The notes: generated from the letters alone by a model not told the origin. Positions 32,060 through 43,623 are shown, counted from the stretch's first letter. The stretch: 64,000 bases of DNA from Coleofasciculus sp. B1-GNL1-01 (GCA_040220235.1 JAVJTO010000063.1); one strand, 5' to 3'. Numbers and translations: made by a program.

Positions 32060-32424
32060 GGGGTTGCTGAACAAGTGTTGTGGTGAGGAGAGGGAACACC
32101 TCGACTTACCTCGACTTACTTCGGACTTCGGCGTGAGCGCTCAGTCGAACGCTTCGCTCAGTAACACGCTCGGTAACACGCTCGGTGTGTCACAGGGAAC
32201 AGGGAACAGTTAAGGTAGAGTTTTCAGTTCACTTACCCATCTCCCTCATCTCCCCCATCTCCTGATAACAGATAAGCTGTCATGCATTTAAATTGGGTAT
32301 TAGTAGCGAGCAAGATGCTCGCACTACAAGGTTTTCGCCGTTATTGATATTAAAGTTTAAACGACGAATGACGAATGACGAATGACGATCTCCACCGTTA
32401 ACTTTAATTGTCCCCACCTACTTA
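32060..32424. repeat. Composite of a MITE end, nested CTCGAC/CTTCGCTCAG small dispersed repeats, short tandem repeats and an uninterrupted TAAGCTGT..GTTTAAAC element (32273-32362)
   Basis: Visible palindromes. The TAAGTAGGTGGGGACAATTAAAGTTAACGG element (reverse at about 32395-32424) recurs at about 39110 and 59661. Confidence 0.7.
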
Positions 32425-32469
32425 ACTGCTCACTGATAACTGATTAACTCCCCCAGCTTCCCTAAATCC

Positions 32470-34119
32470 CTATTCCCACTCAATGGTTCCCGGTGGCTTA
32501 GAGGTAATATCGTAAGCCACCCGATTCACGCCCTTAACTTCATTCACAATCCGATTAGAAATGAGTTCGAGTAAATCGTAAGGAACTCGCGACCAATCCG
32601 CCGTCATCCCATCTTCACTACTGACCAAACGCAGTACAATCGGATAGGCATACGTGCGCTGATCCCCCATTACCCCAACACTGCGAATCGGGAGTAAAAC
32701 AGCAAACGCTTGCCAAAGTTCTTTATAAAGTCCGTGGCGATTAATTTCCTGGCGAACAATCAAATCCGCATCGCGCAGAATATTCAGTCGTTCTGCGGTG
32801 ACTTCGCCAATAATCCGAATCGCTAATCCGGGTCCGGGGAAGGGATGACGTCGAACAATTTCTTCGGGTAAACCAATGGAACGTCCCACTTTGCGAACTT
32901 CATCTTTGAAGAGTTTCCGTAAGGGTTCAACCAGCTTAAAACGCAAGTCTTTAGGTAAACCCCCGACATTATGATGACTCTTAATTTTCACCGCCACCCG
33001 TTCCCCGGTTTTGGGATCAACATTAGTATCCGCCGACTCAATCACATCGGGGTAAAGCGTACCCTGAGCCAAATAGTCAAAAGGACCCAGGATTTTGGAT
33101 TGTTCTTCAAAGACACGAATAAACTCATGACCAATCCGGCGACGCTTTTCTTCGGGATCAGTCACCCCTTCCAGACGAGCTAGGAAGCGATCGCGGGCGT
33201 TAACATATTCTACAGGAATATGAAATTCATCCTGAAACAGCTTCAGCAACCGTTCTGGCTCCAGTTTTCGCATGAAGCCTTGGTCAATAAACATACAGGT
33301 CAATTGGTCGCCAATCGCCTTATGTAATAAGAAGGCTAGGGTTGAGGAATCCACACCTCCAGACAGAGCCAGCAATACTCGTTTATCTCCCACCTTGGCG
33401 CGAATTTCGCGAATGGCTTCCTCGACAAAGGCTTCCGTCGTCCAAGTGGGTTCGCAGTCGCAGATGTGATAAACAAAATTGCGAATTAACGCGATACCCC
33501 CAACCGAATGCACGACTTCCGGGTGAAACTGCACCCCATAGAGCTGCTTCTGGTGATCCGCGATCGCGGCGCAAGGAGTATTATCGGTATGGGCTAGGAC
33601 TTCAAAGCCGTCTGGCAATTCCTGACAGGAATCTGCATGACTCATCCACATAGTTGAGTTTTCTTCCACGTTCGTCAACAAGTCCGTGGGATCATCGATA
33701 TGCAGCGAGGCTTTGCCATACTCTCCCCGTTGAGAGCGAGTTACTTTCCCACCTAGTTGCTGTACCATTAACTGCATCCCATAGCAAACCCCCAAGATAG
33801 GGATACCTAGATGCAAAATTTCGGGATCACACTGAGGCGCCGCCTCATCGTAGACGGAATTCGGACCTCCCGATAGAATAATTCCTTTGGGACTCAGTTG
33901 TCGGAGTTTTTCAGCGCTGGTGCGATAGGAGATAACTTCCGAATAAACCTGAGTTTCGCGGATACGACGAGCGATGAGTTCTGAATATTGAGAGCCAAAA
34001 TCCAGAATCACAATCATCTGGCGATGTAACTGGTTTTGTAGAGTGGTTGTGGGTAATATCTCTACTGGTTGAGATGCGTTTCCTGTTGGTCTAGTCACTG
34101 CTTTGTCCTGTAAGCGCAA
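32470..34119 (-). CDS. guaA: GMP synthase (glutamine-hydrolysing)
   Basis: [48 protein letters not shown]; exact start uncertain. Confidence 0.98.
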   Translation of the reverse strand: MRLQDKAVTRPTGNASQPVEILPTTTLQNQLHRQMIVILDFGSQYSELIARRIRETQVYSEVISYRTSAEKLRQLSPKGIILSGGPNSVYDEAAPQCDPEILHLGIPILGVCYGMQLMVQQLGGKVTRSQRGEYGKASLHIDDPTDLLTNVEENSTMWMSHADSCQELPDGFEVLAHTDNTPCAAIADHQKQLYGVQFHPEVVHSVGGIALIRNFVYHICDCEPTWTTEAFVEEAIREIRAKVGDKRVLLALSGGVDSSTLAFLLHKAIGDQLTCMFIDQGFMRKLEPERLLKLFQDEFHIPVEYVNARDRFLARLEGVTDPEEKRRRIGHEFIRVFEEQSKILGPFDYLAQGTLYPDVIESADTNVDPKTGERVAVKIKSHHNVGGLPKDLRFKLVEPLRKLFKDEVRKVGRSIGLPEEIVRRHPFPGPGLAIRIIGEVTAERLNILRDADLIVRQEINRHGLYKELWQAFAVLLPIRSVGVMGDQRTYAYPIVLRLVSSEDGMTADWSRVPYDLLELISNRIVNEVKGVNRVAYDITSKPPGTIEWE

Positions 34120-34224
34120 TTTGAGTAAGATAAGGATATATCTCGCTGAGCAAGTCTGCTACTGATCAGCGAGAATCTATTGGTTTAACCGATGGAGCCA
34201 AGCTTTATAGATATTCTTACCAAC

Positions 34225-35337
34225 TTAACATAATTGCGACAGTAATGTGGCTCCCGTGGGGCTAGTGACGATGACTTGGCGGTTGCGATCAAATAACAGG
34301 GAACCGACTCGTACTTCTTGCTGGCTATGCTTATAAATATAGTCTTGGCTACGTTTATCTATCGTAGACGCGATCGCCCTATAAATCTGATTCACCCAAT
34401 CACTCCCCTCCTTAGCATCCAATTGCCGCAAATAGGTTAGCGCGGCTTCGGTGGTGGGACTGGTAAAAACTGCCTGTAAAATCGGCGTGGGTAATCCCAC
34501 TTGAGCGCCATGAGCGGTGAGAATTTCTAAGCGTCCATCGGCTAAGTGATGATGGGTGTGAAAAATGCCTCCCGCTAACTTAATCAGCTTACCATGATAC
34601 CCGAATAATAAAAGTCCGGGGATTTCCTGCAATCCCGCCGCCACTAATAAGGGACCGAGCCAATTTGCCGTTTTAACTAATTGTTCGGGATTAATTCCCA
34701 TCTGTCGCGCCAAACTTAACCCATTTTCTCCCACACAGAAGACTAAACAATCAAAACAGAGGGCTTTAATTTGCAGTTGTTCGCGATAAGCTTGCAGTTG
34801 ATCAGGAGCGCTTAACGGTTGAGAAATACCTGTCGTTCCCAACAATGATAATCCTTCTAGCACACCAAATGCAGCATTCGATGTCCGTTCTGCCAGTTTG
34901 CGTCCTTCGGGTAAAATAATTGTCACCTGAATTTTCTCATCGGGAGCAAGTAAGCGACTGAGATTCTTTTCTAATAACGTCTCAGCATAGCCATAAATTG
35001 CCGCTTTTCCTGCGGCATTTAATTGTCGCCCAATTCCTTCACCGCCGACTATCTGTACCCGTTCGCTTTGCTCAGATTGTCCCCATTCCACAACTGCCCA
35101 AATCGGAGTATTTCGGGTTAGATCAATGTTATCCCCCGGATCACTGCGGGTAATTGCCAACGCCATTCCTGGGTGAATTCCGGCGACTTGCTCAATCGGA
35201 ATTTCTGCCGTTTCTTGAGGTTCAATTAAATCTACAGATACGGTATCTAGGGGTTTAGCTTGGCGCAACCACTGCAACGCCGCAATAGCGGAAGCACAAG
35301 CAAAGACGGGTAGAGTATATCCAGATCTTATTGACAT
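34225..35337 (-). CDS. cbiD: Cobalt-precorrin-5B C1-methyltransferase CbiD
   Basis: RSGYTLPVFACASA, SDPGDNIDLT, RTSNAAFGVLEGLSLLGTTG, GYHGKLIKLAGGIFHTH. Confidence 0.93.
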   Translation of the reverse strand: MSIRSGYTLPVFACASAIAALQWLRQAKPLDTVSVDLIEPQETAEIPIEQVAGIHPGMALAITRSDPGDNIDLTRNTPIWAVVEWGQSEQSERVQIVGGEGIGRQLNAAGKAAIYGYAETLLEKNLSRLLAPDEKIQVTIILPEGRKLAERTSNAAFGVLEGLSLLGTTGISQPLSAPDQLQAYREQLQIKALCFDCLVFCVGENGLSLARQMGINPEQLVKTANWLGPLLVAAGLQEIPGLLLFGYHGKLIKLAGGIFHTHHHLADGRLEILTAHGAQVGLPTPILQAVFTSPTTEAALTYLRQLDAKEGSDWVNQIYRAIASTIDKRSQDYIYKHSQQEVRVGSLLFDRNRQVIVTSPTGATLLSQLC

Positions 35338-35379
35338 GGTAGATCATTAGATTCTGCACTTGGAGCCTTAAATAAGACG

Positions 35380-35853
35380 CTAAACCCAGCCAATAACATC
35401 CCGAATCTGAGACTTGGCATACTCGCAGTCAATATGCTGCTGTGCTTTAGATAACGCGGTTTCCGGTCGCTTGTACCAGCGTTGCGATCGAATACAAAGA
35501 CCATCTCGTCGAGTGGCTTCCCAGGAATAACGGGCGCGGTCTACTACCAACCACACTTTATAACCCCGATGCTGTTGTTGGGGGAATTTCAAAAGACCAA
35601 TCTCAGCTAGCACGCTTAAGCGCATCCGGGAACGAGCTAACCGTTTCATCAACTCTAGAAAGCAAACAGCAGCGCGTTTAGCATCATCATGAGAAGGGTA
35701 GCGGTAGCGATCTCTGGGTTCAAACTTAAAATCAGATCCAATCAGTGAAAACCGGAACTTCCCGGACGCTTCCTCAACGAATGTGACTCGCCAGGAGGTT
35801 TTAGGATACCGAACGCAGAAGCCAGAAGGCTGAATTTTGACCGTCGCTGTCAT
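35380..35853 (-). CDS. Hypothetical basic protein with an apparent internal duplication
   Basis: 157-aa ATG ORF co-oriented with cbiD; no family recognised. Confidence 0.6.
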   Translation of the reverse strand: MTATVKIQPSGFCVRYPKTSWRVTFVEEASGKFRFSLIGSDFKFEPRDRYRYPSHDDAKRAAVCFLELMKRLARSRMRLSVLAEIGLLKFPQQQHRGYKVWLVVDRARYSWEATRRDGLCIRSQRWYKRPETALSKAQQHIDCEYAKSQIRDVIGWV

Positions 35854-36226
35854 CTGAAGTATGAAATATAAAGGATGAAAGACATCGAGAGAAGGTAGAA
35901 ATCACCATCAAAATTTTCAGGCGTCTCACTGGATGTCGGAATCGTTACCACGCCAAAATCCATCATAGCTTTTTCCATGAGGCATCTGCCTCAGCAAATA
36001 GTCCCATGTTCTACGAAAAAAGTCGATGCTGATCTACCTATCTCAGGCTGGGAAATGTTAAGGTGAATGGCAGCTAACTGAAGCCTTTTAAGATCGCCGA
36101 AACCATTGATATACCCTAGGGTGGGTTTCGACTTCGCTCAACCCACCACCATGCCAGTCAGTACCATTCATGTTAAGGTAGCGAAGCTAACCACTTGGAA
36201 AATTCATCCCATCGAGGAGTGAGGAA

Positions 36227-36874
36227 ATGTCAGGAGTATTTCCACGCCGAGGACACAATAAACACAAGACAACCGTAAAACGGTTTCTCCTGTTCGCTGG
36301 ACTAAGTTTAATCAGTTTTATCCTCTGGGGAGTCATCACCCAACACCGAGTTACCGCCTCAGAGGTTATTCCTACTCAGATAACGACCAACACCAACACC
36401 TATTGGCAAGGAGGTTCGTTTCCCGTTGAGAATTTTCAGGCTTATACCTCTCCCTACGGCTACCGTCGTTCTCCCCGTGGATCAGGTACAGAATTTCATC
36501 GCGGCTTAGACATCGCCGCACCCGAAGGCAGTTACATTCGCAACTGGTGGGCAGGTCAGGTGGTATCCCTGTCCGATAATACCGCCTGTGGCACCTCTAT
36601 CACCATCCAATCCGGTGAGTGGAAGCATATCTACTGTCACCTCAAAGGTCATGTGGAAACAGATAACCAAGGTATGTATTTGAGCGATCGCAGTGGCGGG
36701 ATTCAAATCTGGAAAGGTCAACAGATACCCACTGGCGCCCGAATTGGTCGTGTAGGAATGACCGGGCGCACCACGGGTCCTCATTTGCATTGGGGATTAA
36801 AGTACGCCGACAACTATATCGACCCCGCCTTAGTTCTCCGGGAAATGTACCGACGGCAAACAGCATCAAAATAA
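36227..36874 (+). CDS. M23-family metallopeptidase
   Basis: FHRGLDIAAP (HxxxD), YCHL, GMTGRTTGPHLHW (HxH); N-terminal TM/signal; GAGGA RBS. Confidence 0.92.
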   Translation: MSGVFPRRGHNKHKTTVKRFLLFAGLSLISFILWGVITQHRVTASEVIPTQITTNTNTYWQGGSFPVENFQAYTSPYGYRRSPRGSGTEFHRGLDIAAPEGSYIRNWWAGQVVSLSDNTACGTSITIQSGEWKHIYCHLKGHVETDNQGMYLSDRSGGIQIWKGQQIPTGARIGRVGMTGRTTGPHLHWGLKYADNYIDPALVLREMYRRQTASK

Positions 36875-37354
36875 GGAGCGTTATTGCTGTAGTGGACTTT
36901 AACTGTTCGGGCAATTCGCTGATATCTGCCTTCAAAAGCTGAATTCCCTAATGTAACCCACTCGTAACTATTTCATCTTTAGCTCGCATATAAAGTACAG
37001 TAGATCAAAGTCCCCCTTTTTAAGGGGGATTTAGGGGGATCGACAATGTACCGCCTAGCAGAGCAAACTGCTGTAAATCTTCGCAAGGAGAGTATATACT
37101 CCTCAATTACTGTTTCTTTAAAAGATATTCAAGAGTTTAATTTTTCGGATTTTTTGCCTTTATACAGGTATGTAGTTTTTTGTGCTTCAAGTTGAAGTGC
37201 GAAGTCTGGGTAATACCAGTAGAGACGATTCATGAATCGCCCCGACGATAGATTCTAGACTGTGTGTAACAGAAATTGCTGTAGGGGCGGGTTTAGCCTA
37301 TCAATGTAGATACTCACCAATAACCTAGCAACAAAACCCGCCCTGACCCAAAAT

Positions 37355-38839
37355 TTACCCCTTCAACTTTTTACCTAAAAGCTGATTCGTTAATTTTGGA
37401 TTTGCCCGTCCATTGGTTTCCTTCATCACCTGTCCGACAAAAAAACCTTGCAGCTTGGTTTTACCATTGCGATACTGTTCCAATTTCTTGGGATTCGCAG
37501 CAATCACTTCATCAATGATGGCTTCGAGTTGGCTGACATCCGAGATTTGAATCAGTCCGCGACTTTCAGCTATTTCCTTGGCTGAACCGCCTTTCGATAG
37601 CAGTTCCGGGAGGATTTCTTTAGCGATTTTGCCGCTAATCGTATCATCTTCAATCAACTGAATTAGTTCTGCCAACACTAACGGTTTCAGCGCAATTTCT
37701 GTAATCGCGAGTTTCTCAGTATTCAGATAAGCAGCAATATCTCCCATTACCCAGTTTGCCACTTGTTTGGGATTGGCATTTGCAGATACGGCAGCTTCAA
37801 AGTATTCCGCCACCAGTTTATCTTCAGTTAAGACACGGGTATCATAAGCCGAAAGCCCGAATTTCTCTTCATAATGATGCCGTTTCTGGGCGGGAAGTTC
37901 GGGAAGCTCACTGCGCCATTGTTCTAATTGTTCTTTAGAAACTTCAATTGGGGGTAAGTCGGGTTCGGGGAAGTAGCGGTAATCGCTAGACCCTTCTTTG
38001 ACGCGCATACTAATCGTGCGTTGACTTCCTTCTTCCCAGAGGCGGGTTTCTTGGACAATCGGTTCCCCAGTTTCAATAGCTTCAATTTGTCGTTCGATTT
38101 CGTAGTCAATGGCTTTTTGAATGGCGCTAAAGGAGTTCATGTTTTTGATCTCAACTTTCACACCAAACTCTTTTTGACCGACAGGACGCACGGAGATATT
38201 CACATCACAGCGCAAGGAACCTTCCTGCATATTGCCATCGCTGATACCCAGGTAACGCATAATCCGGCGCAATTCTTGGGCATATTCTGCGGCTTCTTTG
38301 CCAGAACGCAAGTCGGGTTCTGAGACAATTTCCAGGAGGGGGACACCTGCACGGTTGAAATCGACGAGGGAGTAGGTGGAACCGGAAAGTCTATCACTTC
38401 CCGCATGGACGAGCTTTCCAGCGTCTTCTTCCATGTGCAGGCGGGTGATGCCGATTTTTTTATCGATGGGGTTTCCATCGTCATCGATGAGTTCGATTTC
38501 TAACCAGCCATGTTCGGCGATGGGGAGGTCATATTGAGAGATTTGATAATTTTTGGGGAGGTCGGGATAAAAGTACTGTTTGCGGTCAAATTTACTATAG
38601 GGGGCGATTTGGCAGTTGAGGGCTAATCCGGCTTTGACGGCGGATTCCAGGACTTTTTGGTTGAGAACCGGTAGCACGCCGGGGAGTCCCATGCATATCG
38701 GGTCAATGTTGGTGTTGGGGGGAGTACCAAATTCTGTGGAGGAGTAGGAGAATATTTTGGTGGCGGTGTTGAGTTGACAGTGGGTTTCTAGACCGATTAT
38801 GGCTTCGTACTTCGTTTTTGCAGGTGCTGCGGTGGTCAT
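37355..38839 (-). CDS. gatB: Asp/Glu-tRNA amidotransferase subunit B
   Basis: [57 protein letters not shown]. Confidence 0.98.
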   Translation of the reverse strand: MTTAAPAKTKYEAIIGLETHCQLNTATKIFSYSSTEFGTPPNTNIDPICMGLPGVLPVLNQKVLESAVKAGLALNCQIAPYSKFDRKQYFYPDLPKNYQISQYDLPIAEHGWLEIELIDDDGNPIDKKIGITRLHMEEDAGKLVHAGSDRLSGSTYSLVDFNRAGVPLLEIVSEPDLRSGKEAAEYAQELRRIMRYLGISDGNMQEGSLRCDVNISVRPVGQKEFGVKVEIKNMNSFSAIQKAIDYEIERQIEAIETGEPIVQETRLWEEGSQRTISMRVKEGSSDYRYFPEPDLPPIEVSKEQLEQWRSELPELPAQKRHHYEEKFGLSAYDTRVLTEDKLVAEYFEAAVSANANPKQVANWVMGDIAAYLNTEKLAITEIALKPLVLAELIQLIEDDTISGKIAKEILPELLSKGGSAKEIAESRGLIQISDVSQLEAIIDEVIAANPKKLEQYRNGKTKLQGFFVGQVMKETNGRANPKLTNQLLGKKLKG

Positions 38840-39186
38840 AGGTGTTTCGTTGCTGTCGTTGTAAGAGTTTTGGTCTATTTTAGCGTGGGGGTTGGTCGTT
38901 CGTAGTAGGCACGAAGCGTGCCAATCTCACCAACCGCCTCGGGTTCAAACCCAAGACTAAAAGCGAAAGTCAGCTTTAGCTGACTGAATAAAAGTTTTAG
39001 ACCATTGTTAATAAAGTTGACCTAAATCAAGAAGAGTTTGAACTCCGGGCAGGTTTTCCATTTTGTGTAGTGGACTGACACACCTTATTTGATGAATTAG
39101 ATTCGGCTTGTAAGTAGGTGGGGACAATTAAAGTTAACGGTGGCAGATGGCTTGGGTGGGCATTGCCCACCCGCCTCCTTGTTCAA

Positions 39187-40125
39187 TTACATTGACTCCA
39201 TAGGTTGCACGGGTTGAAACTGAGAGGTTAACCATTCATACCAACTCTCTAGCCCAACGCCTGTTTTTGCCGAAACCTGAAATACCTGCATCTGAGGATT
39301 CACGGTTCGTGCATACTCAATACAGCGTTCCACATCAAAGTCTACATAAGGCAACAGGTCAATTTTCGTCAGAATCATCACTTGGCTAGCACGGAAGATA
39401 TGAGGATATTTAATCGGCTTATCATCGCCCTCAGTTACCGATAAAATCGCCACCTTTGCCTGTTCCCCCAAATCAAATAAAGCGGGACAAACCAGATTTC
39501 CCACATTCTCAATCATCACCACAGAATTGAGGGGAGGATTCAGTTGAGTACAACCCCGTTCCACCATCGCTGCTTCTAGATGACACCCGGTTCCAGTATT
39601 AATTTGGACAACCTTACACCCGGTTGCTTGAATTTTCTGGGCATCATTCGCCGTCGCTTGATCCCCTTCAATTACATTAATCGGTAATTGTGCCTGTAAA
39701 TCCTGAATCGTGCGAGTCAATAACGTTGTTTTACCCGCCCCCGGAGAACTCACGAGATTTAGCGCCAAAATATTACGCCCTCTAAACCATCCCCGATTTT
39801 GGGCAGCAATTAGGTTATTTTTTGCCAGGATATTCTCTTCCAGAGAGATTTTTGTACCGTGAACCTGGGCGTGAACTTGAGAGGCTTGATCATGGTGATT
39901 TTCCGACGAGTCGTGAGTGTGAGTGTGGGTGATGACTCGACCATCGGGTAAGGTGTGAGTATGGGAGTGGCTAGATGAGGAGGAGTGCGCGATCGCAGTC
40001 CCATCGGGTAGAGTATGGGTATGACTCTGGTCATGATTGGAGTTAGCCATGGCAACAACCTCCCCCGTTTCCGGGTTGGTAAAAGTCATGTCAGCGCCAT
40101 CAGAACAGCCGCAGGTTACACACAT
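39187..40125 (-). CDS. hypB: Hydrogenase nickel incorporation GTPase HypB
   Basis: MCVTCGC, His-rich linker, SSPGAGKTT, GCHL, ENVGNLVCPA, TKIDL. Confidence 0.97.
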   Translation of the reverse strand: MCVTCGCSDGADMTFTNPETGEVVAMANSNHDQSHTHTLPDGTAIAHSSSSSHSHTHTLPDGRVITHTHTHDSSENHHDQASQVHAQVHGTKISLEENILAKNNLIAAQNRGWFRGRNILALNLVSSPGAGKTTLLTRTIQDLQAQLPINVIEGDQATANDAQKIQATGCKVVQINTGTGCHLEAAMVERGCTQLNPPLNSVVMIENVGNLVCPALFDLGEQAKVAILSVTEGDDKPIKYPHIFRASQVMILTKIDLLPYVDFDVERCIEYARTVNPQMQVFQVSAKTGVGLESWYEWLTSQFQPVQPMESM

Positions 40126-40454
40126 GGTTCGACCTCCATTTCCTTAATTTTCAGTTCTTGACCCGATATTATATCCAGTTCTACACTACCGCATTCACAG
40201 AGACCAAAAGGTTGATCGAGGGGAATTTGGGCATCACAGTGACGACAGCGACCAATACCCGGAATTTCAATAATATCCAGGGTTGCCCCTTCTAAGGGAG
40301 TGTCTTTGCTGCAAACATCAAAACAAAATAGTACCGCATCGGGCATTATCGCCGCTAACTGACCAATTTCTAGGCAGACTCGTCGCACTTTTGCCCCTTT
40401 AGCGTGTTCGGCAACGATATCAACGATATTTTGTGTGATTCCCAGTTCGTGCAA
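40116..40454 (-). CDS. hypA: Hydrogenase nickel metallochaperone HypA
   Basis: MHELGI (TTG start), CRHC and CECG zinc motifs; overlaps the hypB start. Confidence 0.95.
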   Translation of the reverse strand: MHELGITQNIVDIVAEHAKGAKVRRVCLEIGQLAAIMPDAVLFCFDVCSKDTPLEGATLDIIEIPGIGRCRHCDAQIPLDQPFGLCECGSVELDIISGQELKIKEMEVEPCV

Positions 40455-40713
40455 TGGTCTATTCCGTTACATTACAGAGGATATCCGATTTAATTTTATC
40501 TCGTTTTTAGGTAAGAGCGTATGTCATTTGTCATACCAAATCTGGGTTAGCTACCCCCGTTATAAGCCAGTCCGCGCAGGCGGACTTTGTTTGTGTAGCA
40601 GCGATTTCAATCGCCTCGTCAAAAGGGGGGTAATAAAGGCTTTCTACAACCATTTCCTGTTCCCTGTTCCCTGTTTCCTATCCTCACTACAACCCTTATT
40701 CAACAAACCCTAT

Positions 40714-41574
40714 TTACAGTGTTTCCGGTTCAAATTGAGTTAATCCAGGAAATAGTGGCGCTTGCTGTTTATGGTATTTTGCCAAATAATCCCGGAATGA
40801 TGTTCCCCCAGTTCCGACCTCTACACCCACAAGTTTAAGTTGTTGTACCGCCAGTGATAGATGGAATTGATGAAAGCGGATTTGTAAATTATCGTAAGTT
40901 CGCATATTCTTTAAAATTGGATTGGCATGAGGGTGATTAAAGAGATAGGAAATCTGTTCCGCTGTCGTGTTTCCAGGACTTCGTTGTAGTAGGGTGTCGT
41001 AATAATAGGCGAGATTATGATTATGATAGCGCTCAAACCATTGGGCGATATCACTCCCATAGCGGCGGTCAAACTCGGTTTCTGCAATGTGAGGATTGCC
41101 CTGGGTGTCTTTAGTTCCTCCTTGCCAATAGTTTCGCACCCCGCTCATAATTTCTAAATGGCGAAACTGGAACGACTGAAACCCACTGGTTGGACCAATA
41201 GTTGTCCGAAACTCGGCAAATGCCCGCATTGTCTTGAGAATGGGCATGGTTGTCAATACAACGTCATAAAGGCGCAGAATTCGGGGGAAAAAGTAACAGG
41301 CTTCGCTAGTATCTCCGATAATCGGATCAGTATTATCAGTAATGGCTTGCGCTAATGCCGCTAAAACTCGCTCCATATCCAGAATCATTTGATGGAACGC
41401 GAGTTCACAAATTTGATGAACGGCAATAAATAAGTCTTCGTCTTGGGACGCGGTGAGCGGATGCTTGCAACTGAGTAGCGCCTCTAGATTATGATACGTC
41501 CAATAGTGATTTTGAGTAACATCTAAACTGGGATCAAGGGGAGGTAAGGGTTGAGTATGATCAGATTCAGGCAT
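40714..41574 (-). CDS. Tryptophan 2,3-dioxygenase-family heme protein
   Basis: YWTYHNLEALLS, DEDLFIAVHQICEL, FR..IGPTSGFQSFQFRHLE, proximal His region FHQFHL, GTGGTS loop; start taken at the ATG at 41574. Confidence 0.85.
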   Translation of the reverse strand: MPESDHTQPLPPLDPSLDVTQNHYWTYHNLEALLSCKHPLTASQDEDLFIAVHQICELAFHQMILDMERVLAALAQAITDNTDPIIGDTSEACYFFPRILRLYDVVLTTMPILKTMRAFAEFRTTIGPTSGFQSFQFRHLEIMSGVRNYWQGGTKDTQGNPHIAETEFDRRYGSDIAQWFERYHNHNLAYYYDTLLQRSPGNTTAEQISYLFNHPHANPILKNMRTYDNLQIRFHQFHLSLAVQQLKLVGVEVGTGGTSFRDYLAKYHKQQAPLFPGLTQFEPETL

Positions 41575-41851
41575 AGTCGAGATAGAGTGCGATCGCGCTA
41601 GAGCTAGAACACCTGTAAGGACACGGCACTGCCTTGCCCTTAGGACAATTGTCACTCTGAAAAACAGGCTCTGATAGTACTGATTAAGGTGCGTTACGCT
41701 TCGCTAACACACCCTACATATAGAGCTTTTGCGTAAGTCCTAACAATTAGTCTTTCCAAACAAAATCCTAACATAAATGCCTTTCCAGACAAATAATAAG
41801 CTGGGTGTCAAGAAATCAGTCTTTTTTCATTTTCCTATCTGCCATTCTCTA

Positions 41852-42904
41852 TCAAGGATTAACCACATACTCAGAGGTTACGGCATCTGCTTTCCCAGCT
41901 TCAACTAACGCCTGATAAACCATCGCCGCTACCTCAGCGCGAGTTGCATCTTGAGTCGGATTTAGAGACTCAGTATTCGGATAATTCACCACAATACCCG
42001 CTTCTGTCGCCGCACTGACTTTTTCACGCGCATACTCTGGAATCTGATTTGAATCCTGATAGGTTTGTAACACCTCCTGAGGAGATTGATTTGCTTCTAA
42101 CCCCAAGCCACTCGCTAGTGCCACTAAAACTTGTACTTTAGGAATCGGTTGCTTGGGTTGAAAGGTATTATTAGGATAGCCACGCAAAAAATTGGTTTTG
42201 CTGGTTTCCTGAATCGCCGACCATGCCCAAAAGTCTGAGGATACATCCTTAAAGTTGGGTGTCTCTAAGGTGGGTTGTTGCTCAAAAGCGCTTCTTAGCA
42301 ACGCCGCAAATTCTGCCCGAGTGATCGAACTATTCGGTTTAAACGTATTATCTTCTGGAAAGCCGCTCATAATATCTCGCTGCACTAGAGCGGTAATATA
42401 AGGACTTGCCCAATAGTCATCTGGAACATCGGCAAACTTCACGGCTACATCAGGCGTTTCCGTTGGGGTTGGTGTTGGTGTTGCTTCCGGGGTTTCCGTG
42501 GGTGTTTCTGCTTCTGTTTCTGTTCTGGAAGCTGAGACAATCGGAGCAAGAGGAACGGCTCTCGCTATTTCCGGAAACGCCTCCTCTTCCTCTGGGGATT
42601 CGGGTACAGTAGCTTCGGCTGGAGAGGGTGAAGGGGAATCTGTTGCCAAAGGAGCGCTGCTGACGCTTTCGCGAGTGGGAATCTCCTCAGCTATCGGAGA
42701 AGTCACTTTTGCCTCTTCTGGTGCTTCCGTTGTTGGTTCAGAGGTGAGTGAGCCAACCCACTGCTTCAGGTTAAATCCCTTTTGCCGTTGACCCAAAACT
42801 CCAATCAAAATCCCACCGATAGTGGCAATGGCGATAATTATACCAATCCATTCCTCCAAACCTAGTCGAGAGGAATCCGAATCGGGTGGCGGTAGATTTC
42901 TCAT
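41852..42904 (-). CDS. Membrane-anchored S-layer homology (SLH) domain protein
   Basis: N-terminal TM, Pro/Thr/Glu linker, three SLH repeats (FADVPDDYWA...ITRAEFA; FKDVSSDFWA; ATRAEVAAMVY). Confidence 0.92.
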   Translation of the reverse strand: MRNLPPPDSDSSRLGLEEWIGIIIAIATIGGILIGVLGQRQKGFNLKQWVGSLTSEPTTEAPEEAKVTSPIAEEIPTRESVSSAPLATDSPSPSPAEATVPESPEEEEAFPEIARAVPLAPIVSASRTETEAETPTETPEATPTPTPTETPDVAVKFADVPDDYWASPYITALVQRDIMSGFPEDNTFKPNSSITRAEFAALLRSAFEQQPTLETPNFKDVSSDFWAWSAIQETSKTNFLRGYPNNTFQPKQPIPKVQVLVALASGLGLEANQSPQEVLQTYQDSNQIPEYAREKVSAATEAGIVVNYPNTESLNPTQDATRAEVAAMVYQALVEAGKADAVTSEYVVNP

Positions 42905-42999
42905 TATGCACCTGGCTTATTCGCGACAACACTAATCGGCAAGGGAAATCGGAGAATTTTGGTCAGTTTTTTCAATGTTTGACCCCCCAATCCCCAGTG

Positions 43000-43623
43000 T
43001 TAGCCTCCACAATTGACGGTAGAGCGTTGGGATAAACATGCCTCTGGCTTTAGTTTACTGCCAAAGTGCTTATCCACTAGCGTCGGTACGTCTTCGGGAG
43101 CCACCTTATTGTACCGGGCTTTGTCTGGCATCACTACCATGCAGGGACCTTTTTTACACTGCTTCATACAGCCTGTGTCTTTAATCGCTACTTGGTCATC
43201 AAGATTGCGATCGCGCAAGGTGTCATTCATGGCTTGATGGACTTTTGCCGCACCGCGCTTGCGACAGGATGACTTTTTACACATCATGACGCTGGCTTTG
43301 GTTTTCTTGGGAGACGGTTGCAAAAGTTTCTCATATTGCTGGGATGCTGACGGGGTTTTCAATGTCACCCGCTCGGCTTTGAGTTTCAATTCCCCACGTT
43401 TGGGTTTGTACTTCTGTTTGCCACAGACTTCTATCGGATCTCCGGGTTTGAGGATTTCAGGTAGAGATTCCCGTAAGGGTTTAGCCAGCTTGATATACCG
43501 TTCACCTGCTTCTGTATTGATCCACAGCAGCTTGGGTTTTTTGCCAGCTTTACCCAGAAATTTGACAAACTGTCCCTCTAGCTTGAAGGGGCTGACTTGT
43601 TTCTTTTTATCTGATTTACCCAT
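43000..43623 (-). CDS. OB-fold-like N-terminus + thioredoxin-like [2Fe-2S] ferredoxin domain
   Basis: CKKSSC...TGCMKQCKKGP four-Cys pattern; Lys-rich N-terminus. Confidence 0.85.
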   Translation of the reverse strand: MGKSDKKKQVSPFKLEGQFVKFLGKAGKKPKLLWINTEAGERYIKLAKPLRESLPEILKPGDPIEVCGKQKYKPKRGELKLKAERVTLKTPSASQQYEKLLQPSPKKTKASVMMCKKSSCRKRGAAKVHQAMNDTLRDRNLDDQVAIKDTGCMKQCKKGPCMVVMPDKARYNKVAPEDVPTLVDKHFGSKLKPEACLSQRSTVNCGG

